Below, in pieces: positions 12,987 to 24,199 of a stretch of 64,000 nt of DNA; positions within the stretch are counted from its first letter, which is position 1; every line of letters begins with the position of its first letter. The notes under the pieces are model-generated. The model searched no databases. It was not told where the DNA came from and saw only the letters and a list, made by a program, of their open reading frames with translations. Source of the stretch: Squalus acanthias. Lineage: Eukaryota. The stretch covers positions 147,562,001-147,626,000 of the forward strand of contig CM059432.1 of NCBI GenBank assembly GCA_030390025.1. Reading direction: 5' to 3'. A program made the position numbers and the translations under genes.

Positions 12987-13094
12987 GCATACAGTAAGGG
13001 CTATTCACCTATGGGAGGCACATCAGGCAAGACCATGGCTGCATACAGTAAGGGCTATTCACCTATGGGAGGCACATCAGGCAAGACCATGGCT
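12987..13094 (+). repeat. Perfect 54-bp tandem duplication in intron 1 of the Myb-like gene
   Basis: gcatacagtaagggctattcacctatgggaggcacatcaggcaagaccatggct occurs twice. Confidence 0.95.
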
Positions 13095-13129
13095 GTATAT
13101 TTACTCAGATGCTGTCCTTTTTCTTGCAG

Positions 13130-13292
13130 GCCAAGCTGGCGCATAATAGGAGACAGCAGCAACGGACAGGTGGAGGGCGGCCTCAGCTGCAACCCCTCAG
13201 CGATCTTGAGGAGCGCGTCCACAGGATTGTGGCAAGCCGGGTGATCGGTCCCGTCGCCACTGGAGACGCCGACCCCGTTCTGGACAGCAATG
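13130..13292 (+). CDS. Harbinger Myb/SANT-like protein, exon 2
   Basis: tttttcttgcag acceptor; AKLAHNRRQQQRTGGG..LSDLEERV; donor G|gtaagg, phase 1. Same acceptor position in the decayed copies at 1297, 28102 and 57193. Confidence 0.87.
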
Positions 13293-13451
13293 GTAAGGTC
13301 ATCACCTTTTTGTCCTCTGTCCTTCCACTTGTCCCTCACAACACCAGCCTTTGACACTTTCAATCCAACTTGCTAACTCGCTGCACTTATTCCTCCCTTA
13401 CTGCCACCCTGTCCTCACGCTAAAGCCACTCTTGTACCTCCCTGCTTTCAG

Positions 13452-14428
13452 ATGGTGATTCACCAGCTGAGGAGACGGGCCCTGAAGCTGCCAGTGGGGG
13501 TGAAGCTGCAGCCGAGGAGGAAGAGGAAGCCGGAGCATCAGTGCCACCCTCTCCCGAGGAAGCCCATGCCCACACTGGGAACACGCCTTCCCTGGAGGGG
13601 AGCAGGGGGGAAGGGTCTGATGAGGGTGAAGCTCCAGGACCCAGCGGGCTGCAGCAACGCCATGGGGGTAGGAAAGAACGGGGGCCTTCTCCCCAGAGGG
13701 AGAGTATGCCAGCGACTCCTACTGCAATGGACGCAGAGGAGGAGCGGCTGATCGCAGAAATGAACACCCAGGCGGTGGGCATGCACACTGAGCTCATGGG
13801 TGCAGTGGGAAGGGTGCCCGAATGCATTGAGTCACTGGCAAGGAGTGTGGAGCACTTCGCTGTAGCACAGGCGGATGCCACACTAATGCTTAGTACTGCA
13901 ATTCAGTCACTGACTGCCGTGATCCCATCTCTGACTGCTCTCATGCAGACTCCGATTGAGGCCACGCGAGCACTGACTGCTGCCAACCTCGATGGTTCGT
14001 TCACATGTCCCCGGGGCTCTCACCGCGCCGCAGCAGGCCAGCAATCTGTGCTCCAGCAGATTGCTCCGGATGCTGAAGTGCTGCCCCGTGGGAGTGCCAG
14101 TGTGTCGGGCGAGCAGGGAGTTGCTGTCCTCTCTCACGATGACAGCATTCCTGCTGCCAACACTGTCACTTCTCCACTGCACTTGCCACCGCCTGTAGGA
14201 CAGACTGCTGCCGCCCATGCAGAGTTGGTGCAGTCTGCAGCCAGGCCCTCCAGGCCCAGAACTGGTCGAGGCCGTCCTTCAGGGGCATCTGCAGTGTCAG
14301 GGTCTGACAATCAGCAGCCTTCCACCAGCCTTGCTGCAGCCACTGAGGTCCCATTACGGAGGAGCAGTAGGGTTAGAAGGGGGGAAGTGCGCAAGGGAAG
14401 GAGATCACCCTCGAAGGGCAAAAAGTAG
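13452..14428 (+). CDS. Harbinger Myb/SANT-like protein, exon 3 (spliced product 458 aa)
   Basis: ctgctttcag acceptor. The phase-1 join is in frame with ORF 13541-14428. The three exons total 237+163+977=1377 nt with a single terminal stop and a basic C-terminus. Confidence 0.85.
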
Positions 14429-14455
14429 GAGGTGTGACAAAATGCTGGTCATTTT

Positions 14456-14611
14456 TTTATTAAAGGCCGAGGTTCGTGGTCCAACTTTTGTCTAGTGTTT
14501 TGGACATTATCTCCAGGTTGTGAGAACCAGTTATGTTAATGACTGTTTTTTTGTGTTTATTTCTATGAGTTTGTCATGAGGAAATGACACACACAGAGTT
14601 TGTAAAATAAA
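14456..14611. terminator. Cluster of poly(A) signals between the convergent Harbinger genes
   Basis: Minus-strand AATAAA at 14456-14461 and 14556-14561. Plus-strand ATTAAA at 14459-14464 and AATAAA at 14606-14611, each with T/GT-rich neighbouring sequence. Confidence 0.55.
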
Positions 14612-14740
14612 TAAGTTTTTGTATTCAAAATATACATGTTTGGTGTTTGGAATCATTGGTGCCTTGGCCGGCTTAGGGGTTGCGTGCTGGGTTCATTGAT
14701 GTTGTTAGCAATGGCAGAAGCCATTTCCACAGCAGGGGCC

Positions 14741-15892
14741 CTAGAAGCGGCTTGCTATCAGCCGTTGACGGACGGCCCTTGCAGTTTCACCATTGTGGGC
14801 TGCCCTCCCGCCTTGGTGCTGCTGATGATCATCCTCCTCGTCCTCTTCCTCCTCCTCCTCTGGTGGTGCTCCAAGGCCTGGTGGCATTGGCTGGGTCCTG
14901 ACGATTGCCATGTTATGCAACATGCAGCACACAACTACGAAGTTGGATACTCGCTCAGGCGAGTACTGCAGGGCTCCTCCAGAATGGTCGAGACAGCGGA
15001 ACCGTTGCTTCAGCACGCCGATTGTGCGCTCAATGATGTTCCTGGTAGCTTGATGGCTCTCGTTGTACCGCAGCTCAGCAGGGGTGTTGGGCGTACGGAG
15101 CGGTGTCATCAGCCAGGTGCTCAGTGGATACCCCTTGTCCCCGAGAAGCCAACCAACTGGCTGATGCGGTGCCTCGAAAAGTTCTGCCACAGTAGTCTGG
15201 CGCAGGATGAAAGCATCGTGGCAGCTGCCAGGATAGTGGGCATTGACAGCGAGTATCAGCTGTCTGTGGTCACAGACCAACTGAACATTCAAGGAATGGA
15301 ACCCCTTTCTGTTCTGGAATTCCTCGGCATTCTCATGTGGAGCACGCAAAGCCACATGCGTGCAGTCAATGGCGCCCTGCACCATGGGGAAGCCCGCTAT
15401 CCTCGCAAAGCCCAGAGCGCGGTCACGCTGCTTGTCTGGGGTCATGGGGAAAGAGATGAACTCTCGTCTCCTTTTAAAGAGGGCATTTGTGACCTGCCGG
15501 ATGCAGCAATGCACCGCGAACTGGGAGATATTGGCGAGGTCCCCAGCAGCAGCTTGAAATGAGCCAGTAGCATAGAAGTTGAGAGCCACTGTGACCTTCA
15601 CGGCCACCGACAGAGACGTCCTGGACCTCAGTTGAGGCTGCAGATCTGGCTGCAGCAGGTGGCAGAGCTCAGTGACCACCTCCTTGCTGAATCGCAGCCT
15701 TCGCAAACACAGCTCCTCAGACATATGAATGTAGGAGAGCTGTTCACGATATACCCTGGGAGGGTAAGCTCTCCTGTACATACACCTGTTGGCCCTCCTC
15801 CGTCTGGCCATCATTGCCACTCTCTCTCTGCGTCTCTGTGTCCTCCGATTCAGCTGGAGCAGGACGACGCCCCCAATCAGTGCAGCCCCCAT
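14741..15892 (-). CDS. Harbinger DDE transposase (HARBI1-like nuclease), 383 aa from ATG at 15892
   Basis: Uninterrupted ORF with N-terminal LRFYATG-like helix region (LNFYATGS), [41 protein letters not shown] and IERTIGVLKQRFRCL. Catalytic D, D and E are present. Confidence 0.95.
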   Translation of the reverse strand: MGAALIGGVVLLQLNRRTQRRRERVAMMARRRRANRCMYRRAYPPRVYREQLSYIHMSEELCLRRLRFSKEVVTELCHLLQPDLQPQLRSRTSLSVAVKVTVALNFYATGSFQAAAGDLANISQFAVHCCIRQVTNALFKRRREFISFPMTPDKQRDRALGFARIAGFPMVQGAIDCTHVALRAPHENAEEFQNRKGFHSLNVQLVCDHRQLILAVNAHYPGSCHDAFILRQTTVAELFEAPHQPVGWLLGDKGYPLSTWLMTPLRTPNTPAELRYNESHQATRNIIERTIGVLKQRFRCLDHSGGALQYSPERVSNFVVVCCMLHNMAIVRTQPMPPGLGAPPEEEEEEDEEDDHQQHQGGRAAHNGETARAVRQRLIASRF

Positions 15893-16406
15893 AGTCTCTT
15901 TGCAAGCAAAGTTATGAAGGACAGCAACCAAAGTACCAGCGAAGTTAGGATCAGTAGGCAAAACTACCTCACAAAGCATTGACTCAATGCAGAAGTCTCT
16001 CTTTCTCTCTCTCCGAATCTCTCTCTCTCTCTCAGAACGAGTGGTGCAAAAATGTCAACCACAGAAAAAGACAGGAAGAGGCCCCCTTTAAATAGCGCCC
16101 CCCCCCCAGCCCCACAGCGATTGATTGCGTTCCAGTCTTCCGGTCGTTGGATGCGCCAGGCGGTAAGGCAGGGGGCGCCACTCAATTTCCGCTCCGGGGT
16201 GCCACAAGGGCGTTGCACCATGGAATGACGTCACAATCTGCGCGCGCAGGTGGTCGCGGCGGTAAAGTTTAGCGCCGCCGCACAATGTCTAGTTAAGTTC
16301 CCGAGCGGCGCACACATCGCTGCGCCCGGGCGCTAGCGGCTTTGCGCCCCATTAGCGCCCTCTTAAGGTGCTAACGGGAGGCGCAACCAACTGAATTTTT
16401 CCCCCA

Positions 16407-16856
16407 TTGGATTTATATAGTGCCTTTCACAACCACCGGACATCTCAAAGCGCTTTACAGCCAATTGAGTACTTTTGAAGTGTAGTCACTGTTGTAATGT
16501 GGGAAACGCAGCAGCCAATTTGCGCACAGCAAGCTCCCACAAACAGCAATGTGATAATGACCGGATAATCTGTTTTTGTTATGTTGGTTGAGGGAGAAAT
16601 ATTGGCCCCAGGACACCGGGTAATAACTCCCCTGCTCTCCTTCAAAATAGTGCCTTGGGATCTGTTGCATCCACCGAGAGAGCAGATGGGGCCTCGGTTT
16701 AACGTCTCATCTGAAAGATGGCACCTCCGTCAGTGTAGCACTCCCTCAGCGCTGCACTGGGAGAGTCAGCCTAGCTTTATGTGCTCAAGCTCCTGGAGTG
16801 GATCTTGACCTTCTGACTCAGAGGCGAGCGTGCTGCCCACTGAGCCACGGCTGACA
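16407..16856 (-). mobile_element. tRNA-derived Deu-domain SINE (SacSINE1-like); its tail is the target of the autonomous Harbinger
   Basis: A-box TGGCTCAGTGG at the 5' end, degenerate B-box, core gcactccctcag..ctgcactg and L2-like tail aaaggcactatataaat. Confidence 0.8.
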
Positions 16857-17218
16857 CAGCTGCGATGTTGAATGTTAATGCTGAAATGTACTGTTATTCT
16901 TTTATAGAGAAACATGCTCAAAGAACAATTAACCTGATGATTGAAATTTCCCTTGATGATAATCATTTAACTATCTCAGAATGTGATTAAAACAATGTTC
17001 ACTAAATTTGACCCAAATGTTCCGATTTCATTCACTCTCATTTTGCATTATCTACTCCCGGGGACTCTGGACTACAAGCAAAGCATTCCATTTTCAATAA
17101 ACTAAGCCGGCAACAGCTCAAAGACGTGGCCAAATGTGAATTGTCTCGAGCTGGTAAGTTTTGCGATTGAATGAAACATGCTTCCTTTTATATTAATGTA
17201 ATTTTATGTCGAACTTAC

Positions 17219-17330
17219 CATTCTCATTCCTTCTTCAACTTGCCGAGCGCGATCCTCAAGCTGAACCTCCATCTCTGTGACCTCTTGACGCACTGCTCGA
17301 CGTAGCGTCTGTAGTCGTTTCACATCCTCT
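17219..17330 (-). CDS. ITPRID1: ITPRID1-like exon, coiled coil continued (112 nt, phase 2 to 0); absent from ORF track
   Basis: taacag acceptor and ATG|gtaagt donor. Encodes (R)EDVKRLQTLRRAVRQEVTEMEVQLEDRARQVEEGMRM, in phase with the previous exon. Confidence 0.9.
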
Positions 17331-18371
17331 CTGTTACAACACAAACAGCAATTAAATGAACACGAGTTACCGTGGCCAATATCGCATTACACACAGTTTA
17401 TTTTTGAAATTCATACTCGAGATGCTTCATACTTGGAATTCATACTTGAGACACTGGCAAAACTGCATTTATTTCCCATCACTAGTTGCCTTGGCAACTG
17501 AATGGATTTCTGGACCACTTCGGAGGGCATTGACTCAACCACATCGTCAGGTGTGGGCCAAACCAGGTAGGGCATGGCAAATTCCCTTCCCTGAAGGACA
17601 TTAGTGAAACAGTTGTGTTTGTAACAACAGTTTGGCAGATTATGTGGGGGGATTTTCTGGTGCTAGCCACAAATTACCAGATTTATTGAATTCGACTTTA
17701 CAATTTGTAGGGTTGGATTTGATCTCATAATCCCTGCATTGCTAACCCAGTACAATAACCACCTCACTGCCTCACTAGTAGGAGTATTTATATGTTGGAC
17801 CACCAAATATACATATCTCCTAGTGAGTGTAACAAGGTACTTGTGAAGTGGGGGAACTCGTTATCCCTGAGCCAACGCTTGAATCCAGCCCAGAATAATG
17901 AACAGAAGGTTCATGCTTGATTCATTCTCCATGCTTGCTGGGAGAGTAATTAATTCAGTTGCATTTTGAGCACAAATCCAGATTGCAAAAATGCTCATAA
18001 GTAGGCAGTAATTGTCTGCGTCACCTAAAGAGTTCACAAGGAGCTGCGAATGGGAAAATGGTACATTGGGACAGCCGGGCAGGGGCTCCAAGATGCAGGC
18101 TATGGGTCAAGTCGGCCCACAAGCTACCTTTGTCCGGCCCATGAGTATCTTGAGACATGACATGTAGTAAGTGTAGCGAGCTCGGGAGGAACAGGTGACT
18201 TTGGATCTATGGTTCCCAAAGCTCTCCACCACTGGGGGTTTCCTCATGTCACATCTGGGTCTGGTCTAGACTAATTGATTGATATTGATTGCTATGATTA
18301 GTTCAAAACTCCATTATCATTGTATCATGTGACAATCAGGATGGTGGAAGGCAAACCAGCTGGACCTCGGT

Positions 18372-18856
18372 CTCGAGGAACAGCACCTCATCTTTCGATT
18401 AGGCACTTTACAACCTTCTGGATTCAACATAGAGTTCAACAATTTCAGATCATAACCTCGGCCCCTATCATATATATATTTTTATCCACACTCTTTGTCT
18501 GTCTTTTTGTCTTCTCTCCCACATGGCAGCTGTCTTTCATTCTGCCAGCACAATTTACACTTCATCTAGAGCCATCCTTTGTTTCTTAACCTGTCCCATT
18601 ACCATCTCCTTTTGCCTTGAATATCTCTTAATGTCTCTTAACTTCTTCTGCCTTCTATCCTATCACAGACCTTCCCTTTTGTTCTTTCATCCCCTCCCCC
18701 TTTCCCAGCCTCTACACTTGCTTAAAAATCTGTTCCATTTCCTGCTTTTTTCCAGTTCTGACGAAGGGTCATCGACCTGAAACGTTAACTCTGTTTCTCT
18801 CTTCACAGATGCTGCCCGACCTGCTGAGTATCTCCAGCATTTTCTGTTTTTATCTC
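18372..18856 (+). mobile_element. Penelope-like element 3' fragment (end of GIY-YIG ORF plus pLTR)
   Basis: EEQHLIFRLGTLQPSGFNIEFNNFRS* followed by a pyrimidine-rich UTR and a hammerhead motif. Related copies at ~19375-19738 (+), ~25890-26070 (-) and ~62075-62355 (+). Confidence 0.8.
18754..18790 (+). ncRNA. Minimal type I hammerhead ribozyme motif
   Basis: AGTT-CTGACGA-A-GGGTC(atc)GACCT-GAAA-CGTT-AACT. Core boxes are present, stem II forms, stem I pairs AGTT/AACT and stem III is the palindrome ACGT. Confidence 0.75.
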
Positions 18857-19118
18857 GGTCTTTTTTTGTCTAGCAATTCCTATGCTCCTGTGTTCCATTA
18901 GGCCCCACCGTTTTCTGTGGAAAGTCCATCCATGCCCAGATCTCTTCAAATGCTGCTTATCTCTCTTACGTTTGTCACCTGGACACATAACTTGGTATCA
19001 GGAAATATTCTAATACTCCAAGGAGTTCTCTCTTCCAATTTATTTGTGCATGGTAAACTCAGGATGGATACCACAACATTCCACTCACAATTCACCTCCA
19101 AACACTGCCTTTTCTATT

Positions 19119-19330
19119 ATGTGAGAAGTCGCACAGCACCAGGTTATAGTCCAACAGCTTTATTTGAAATCACAAGCTTTCGGAGCGCTGCTCCTTCGTC
19201 AGGTGACCTGACGAAGGAGCAGTGCTCCGAAAGCTTGTGATTTCAAATAAAACTGTTGGACTATAACCTGGTGTTGTGCGACTTCTCACATTTGTCCACC
19301 CCAGTCCAACACCGGCATCTCCACATCATG
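19119..19330. mobile_element. Penelope-derived fold-back mini-element: 173-bp palindrome plus 39-bp tail, with a hammerhead motif on each strand
   Basis: Arms 19119-19204 and 19206-19291 with about 3 mismatches. CTGACGA-A-GGAGC..GCTCC-GAAA-GCTT-GTGA on both strands. TTTTCTATT duplicated at 19110-19118 and 19331-19339. Confidence 0.85.
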
Positions 19331-20259
19331 TTTTCTATTTATGATCACTTTTGCTGCCTAACACCAACCCAGCCTTACGTTGAGCAAAAAGCACCTCATC
19401 TTTTGATTAGGCACTTTACAGCCTTTCAGACTCAACATCGAGTTCAACAATTTCAGACCATAACCTCTGCCCCTATTTTTTCCAGACGGCAGCTGTTGAT
19501 GATGCTGCTATCCCCCATTTGCAACATTTAACCACCCCTGCCTTTCACCCTATCACAGACTGTCCCTTTTGTTCTTTCCTTCCTTCCCTCCGCCCCCCTT
19601 TCCCTGCCCCTTGTACCTGGTTAAAATCTGTTACATCTCTAACTTCTTCCAGTTGTGACGAAGGGTCACAGACCTGAAACGTTGACTCTGTTTCTCGCTC
19701 CACTGGCCTGCTGAGTGTTTCCAGCATTTTCTGCTTTTGTGCAGAAGTAATTATCTGGGCAGAGGAAGATGCCAAGGTATGTTCACTAACTCTGCTGAAA
19801 TGAAAGCCCATCGTACACATGGAGCATCACCAATGGAGCAGGGAAATCACTGGCACACCTCGCACATCTTACACACCCAAACTACTATGCATGGAATGCT
19901 TTCGCGGGAACTTGTTTGCCTTTCAAGCTCATTCACTCAGTAACATGCTGTCACCTCTGTCTACAACAACAACTCGCATTTATATAGTGCCTTTACTGTA
20001 GGAAAATATCCCAAGGCGCTTCACAGGTATGTAATCAGACAAAAAAAAACTGACACCTAGTCAAAGAAGGAGACATTAGGACAGGTGACCAAAAGTTTGG
20101 TCAGGGAGGTAAGTTTCAAGGAACGTCTTAAAGGAGGAGAGAGGTGGAGAGGTGGAAAGGTTTAGGGAGGGAATTCCAGAACTTGCAGCATGGCACGGTA
20201 TTGGCCTTGCTACTTAATGCAGGACCATTTCCTGCATAACCCTTGCTAACATAAGTTTC

Positions 20260-22420
20260 ACTGTGTGTAACGGCCTCACAAAATGATATCCCTGATAACA
20301 GAGACAAGCAGGGAACTCGACCATCTCATGGGTGCTCATTACATGAGCACCAGCTCAGCTCCGGGGAGTCAGAAAGAGAGGGTCCGGAAGTAGCAACTGG
20401 TGAAGGACCCAGCGCTAATGAGGAGGGGCAAGTGGAGGTGGCAGCAGAGGAGAAGCATTGAGGGGAAGAGATGGCTAAGACCAGATGCTCCCCATGCTGC
20501 AGGGCCCAGGGATTTATACTTACTGAGGGCTGCATACAGAGGACCACTGAAGAATGAGTAGAATCACTTCATGCAGTCCTTTTTGAGAATTTTCAGAGCC
20601 CCCTTTATGGAATGGCATTCAGAAATGTAGCTCTGTCAACTGCGCAGGCCTTCAAGAAACTTGTGAAAACCTGCAGTCTACCATGGAGCCAGCGGCAGCT
20701 CCACATCAGTCTGCAGGGGAGCCCCCCGAGGATAGTGGGAAAAGCACAGATGTAGTTGTGCTGACTATCATTGAGACTGACGCTGTTGAGACCTGAGGCT
20801 CCAGTTTACAGGAGGTTCTCACTTCTTGTGAGAACACACGATAGTGGACCTCACTTTCCACCTGGTCATTTGCAAGAGGGCACAGCAGGAGGAGGCACAG
20901 TTCAGGCAGATACCTCACCAAATAATGCTCAATCCACTCAAACCCCTCAGAGGTTTGAAGCAGTGGCAGGTAATGGGCAGGAGCAGCTAGCCAGGGCAGA
21001 GACTAATATGCTAGCATTAGTGGCAGGGCCATCTTATGGACCAGAACAAAAAAGGTGCAGCATCTCAGGCCTGTCAAGAAGCCCCCATTGAGGGGCAGCA
21101 GGCTGTAATAATGCTTACTCCTCCCTCCGAGGTTAAACGGAGCACAAGATTGGGTGCTAGATGACACACTGTACCTTGCCAATTGCAAGCACAGGGGATG
21201 TAACTGTTGATATGGACACAGAACGTAAATAGTTGGTTGCACCCTCTTGGGGGAATTTAATGCGTAGAGTTATTGTCAGAAGGGGCATATGAATGTGGGA
21301 CCCAGGCAGGAATGGTAGACAAGGCAACAATGATTAAGCAGAGCATGTTATTCACGGGGCCAGTGTGTTATGGAGGACAGTTCATGCAGAAGCACATTTA
21401 CAGATTTTAAGTGAAAGTCTATCCATCAACTAAAATCTTCCTGGTTGCATATAAGCTTCACCCAATTCTGTTTATGCTCCTCCTCCACTTCCTCTCCCTC
21501 CTCCTCCTTTACCTGGGCTGACCTTCCTTGTCTTCTGACTGAGGAGCTTCCTATGTTTCGATTGCAAAATTATGTGGGACACAGCAGATAATTGTAGGCA
21601 CCTTCTGAACACTGTAGAACACTACTAACCCCATCCCTCGATTTGTTTTCTGTTTCAACCTGCCAATTGTATGTTCTACCAGAATTTGGTCGGAGGCCTT
21701 AGCTTTATTGTATTTTGTTCTGACCCTGTTTCAGGAGGAGGCTCTAAATTGTCTCCAGTGGGTCTACTTGCCATTCAGCAACCAGCGGTCCAGCCTGCCA
21801 GCTCCTTCAAATAGTGATGGCATGGTGGGCTGCCACAAACTGAAGGCTGCTTGGTTGCTGCGGGAGTATCGCAAATTCATCAGGATTGTACTATTCCTGG
21901 ATACACCAGTCCCGTCAATGAGGCCCTGTACTTTAGGGAATCCCGCTACCAGGAAAAAGTGCTTTGCCCTCTCGTGCTGTTGCCTCCTTCCCAATGGACA
22001 AAAGTGTTTGCGCTGTTACCTGCTTCATGCTTTATTGCAATGAAGATTGACTAACATGGCAGATGTTACCAGTGGTTACTTGAAATGCAATGTCATTGTG
22101 ATATTCACATTAACAGGCCTTGTGGTGGTTCTTGTCTGGAGGTCGTGCTCCATTAGATGGTGTAATTGTTACATCTGCCCTCGTGAAGCATAGACAGGAA
22201 ATGCAGGTCTTCTCAGATATCCTCAAATTGATATCCTGGATCTGATTACCTGGCACCTGAGCTGAATCTGAGTTGGAGCCAAACACACATGCCTCTCTCT
22301 CCTTTGCCTGAATTCCTCTTCCTCCTCTACATCCAGGATGCCCACTGGAAGGTCCAATGAAATGCCTATGCTGAGCAGTGTGGTTACAGCTAAGGTTTGA
22401 AATGCTCCTACTTCTCACCT
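20260..22420. mobile_element. Old, highly decayed Harbinger of a different family
   Basis: Minus-strand relics AGFPKVQGLIDGT and SLFEGAGRLDRWLL, plus an acidic tail near 21480-21540. The plus-strand low-complexity relic at 20260-21090 is probably the partner gene. Confidence 0.65.
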
Positions 22421-22424
22421 ACAT

Positions 22425-23360
22425 GCTGCCCCTCGGTGACATCATCTGAAAACTGATCCCACATGTACGCTGACAACACACAGCTCTACCTCACCACCAC
22501 CTCTTTTGACTCCTCCACTGTCTTTGATTTGTCACGTTGCTTGTCCAACATCCAGTACTGAATGAGCAGAAACTTCCTCCAATTATATATTGGGAATACC
22601 AAAGCCATTGTCTTCACAGTCCCCGTTATAAACTCTAGTCCCTAGCCACTGCCTGAGGCTGAGCTAGACGGTTCACAACCTTGCCATCCTATTTAACCCT
22701 GAGCTGAGCTTCCGACCCCGTACCTTGTCCATCACCAAGACACCTTACTTCCACCTGCTTAATATTGCCCATTTCCGCACCTGCCTTAGCCCATCAGCCA
22801 TCAGAAACCCCCATCCTTGCATTTGTTACCTCCAGACTCAACTATTACAATGCTCTCTTGGCTGGCCTCCCACTTTCCATAAACTTTAGCTCATCCAAAA
22901 CTCTGCTGCCCGTATCCTAACTCGCATCAAGTCCCGTTCACCCATCGCCCCTGTGCTCGCTGACCTACATTGTGTGGCACACAAATTCTCATCCTTGTAT
23001 TCAAATCCCTCCATGGCCTCCCTATCTCTGTGACCTCCTCCAGCCCTACGACCCGCCGAGATCTCTGCGCTCCTCCAATTCTGGCCTCTTGCGCATCCCC
23101 AATTTCCGTCGTCCCACCATTGGTGGCCGTGCCTTCAGCTGCCCTAGGTTCTGGAATTCCCTTCATAAACCTCTTCACCTCTCTCTCCTCCTTTAAGACC
23201 CTCCTTAAAATCTACCTCCTTGACCAAGCTTTTGGTCACCTGTCCTAACATGTCTTTATGTGGCTCGGTGTCAAATTATGTTTGATCATCGCTGCTGTGA
23301 AGCACCTTGGGGGACGTTTTACGACGTTCAAGGTGCTTTAGAAATACAGGTTGATGTTGT
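22425..23360 (+). mobile_element. L2-clade LINE 3' relic
   Basis: YADNTQLYL, SRLNYYNALLAGLP, IQNSAARIL, PVLADLH and a gttgttgttg-like tail. Confidence 0.85.
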
Positions 23361-23770
23361 TGGTGGCAGCAATATAAATTCTATCCAGAGCTTGGTGTGA
23401 TGAAAGCCCATATTGGGAACTTGGGAACAGTAGTATCTTCAATTTGTCCATTCCTCGCACTAATATAACCTTGTGGTACACAGGACAGTTAGAAGTCACT
23501 TGAACTCTGTTCTCAGTTTATCATAACACCTGAACAAAGAATTAGTTAAAGTGTCACGACCCTTTCATGGTAAACCTGTTTGACAAACCTGTGTTTCATT
23601 TGTTTGTTAAGCTCACAATGAAATGACATTAACCACATTTACGTACTTCATTGCCGTATTTGTACACAACACTAATCTTCCCACTCCCCAAATTAAAGTT
23701 TTGCCAAGCAGTTGGTCTTGATGGGACAGTGCTCTTAATATACCTATTCTTCATGTCGACCTACACCTAC

Positions 23771-23898
23771 CTCTCATCTTCAGTTAGAACATTGTAGACT
23801 GAAGCCTGCTGTTCAATGATGTCCTGCTCGATGTCCACCAACCTGTTCCGAAAACTCTGCAGAGATTTCTTCATGGTCTCAATTTCTCGTATGGCATG
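23771..23898 (-). CDS. ITPRID1: ITPRID1-like exon, first part of C-terminal coiled coil (128 nt, phase 0 to 2)
   Basis: ttcccag acceptor and AG|gtaggt donor. Encodes HAIREIETMKKSLQSFRNRLVDIEQDIIEQQASVYNVLTEDE. Confidence 0.9.
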
Positions 23899-24199
23899 CT
23901 GGGAATTTGAAAGGGGAAAAAGTCTGATGAACGATGACATTGTTCTAACCATAACGTACAGTAATGGAATGGTGAATGAACTGTCGGGAACTGGATCAAC
24001 CAGTGGAAGAGTAAATAAATCCAAAGCTCACCTGTATCACTTACACCTGTCGGATCTCATGACAGTCATACTTTCGCTCAAGTATTTTTTTTTCCTTTTT
24101 CCTGTTAATGCACTCCAGGTCCCAGCAAACTTGTGACCCACCAGCCCCAAGTTCAAATCCCTGAAGGCCAATTGCACTCTGCAATTCAGTGCAATTATC

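Larger units (their letters stand above)
12251..16406. mobile_element. Full-length, apparently intact autonomous PIF/Harbinger DNA transposon (~4.16 kb)
   Basis: TIR GGGGGAAAAATT / AATTTTTCCCCC. TTG at 12248-12250 and 16407-16409; removing the element restores the SINE tail gaaagacttggatttatatag. Two convergent uninterrupted genes. Right boundary uncertain by 1 nt. Confidence 0.93.

Noticed and set aside
14636..15562. 308-aa plus-strand ORF
   Set aside because: Antisense shadow of the transposase ORF with no recognisable motifs.
14741..15979. Domesticated host HARBI1 gene, or a 412-aa product
   Set aside because: It is enclosed by TIRs and a TSD with a Myb partner and has many decayed paralogues, so it is a transposon gene. 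The ORF-track start is a non-ATG codon; the first ATG is at 15892.
16780..16856. tRNA gene
   Set aside because: A/B-box-like head of a SINE with no complete cloverleaf.
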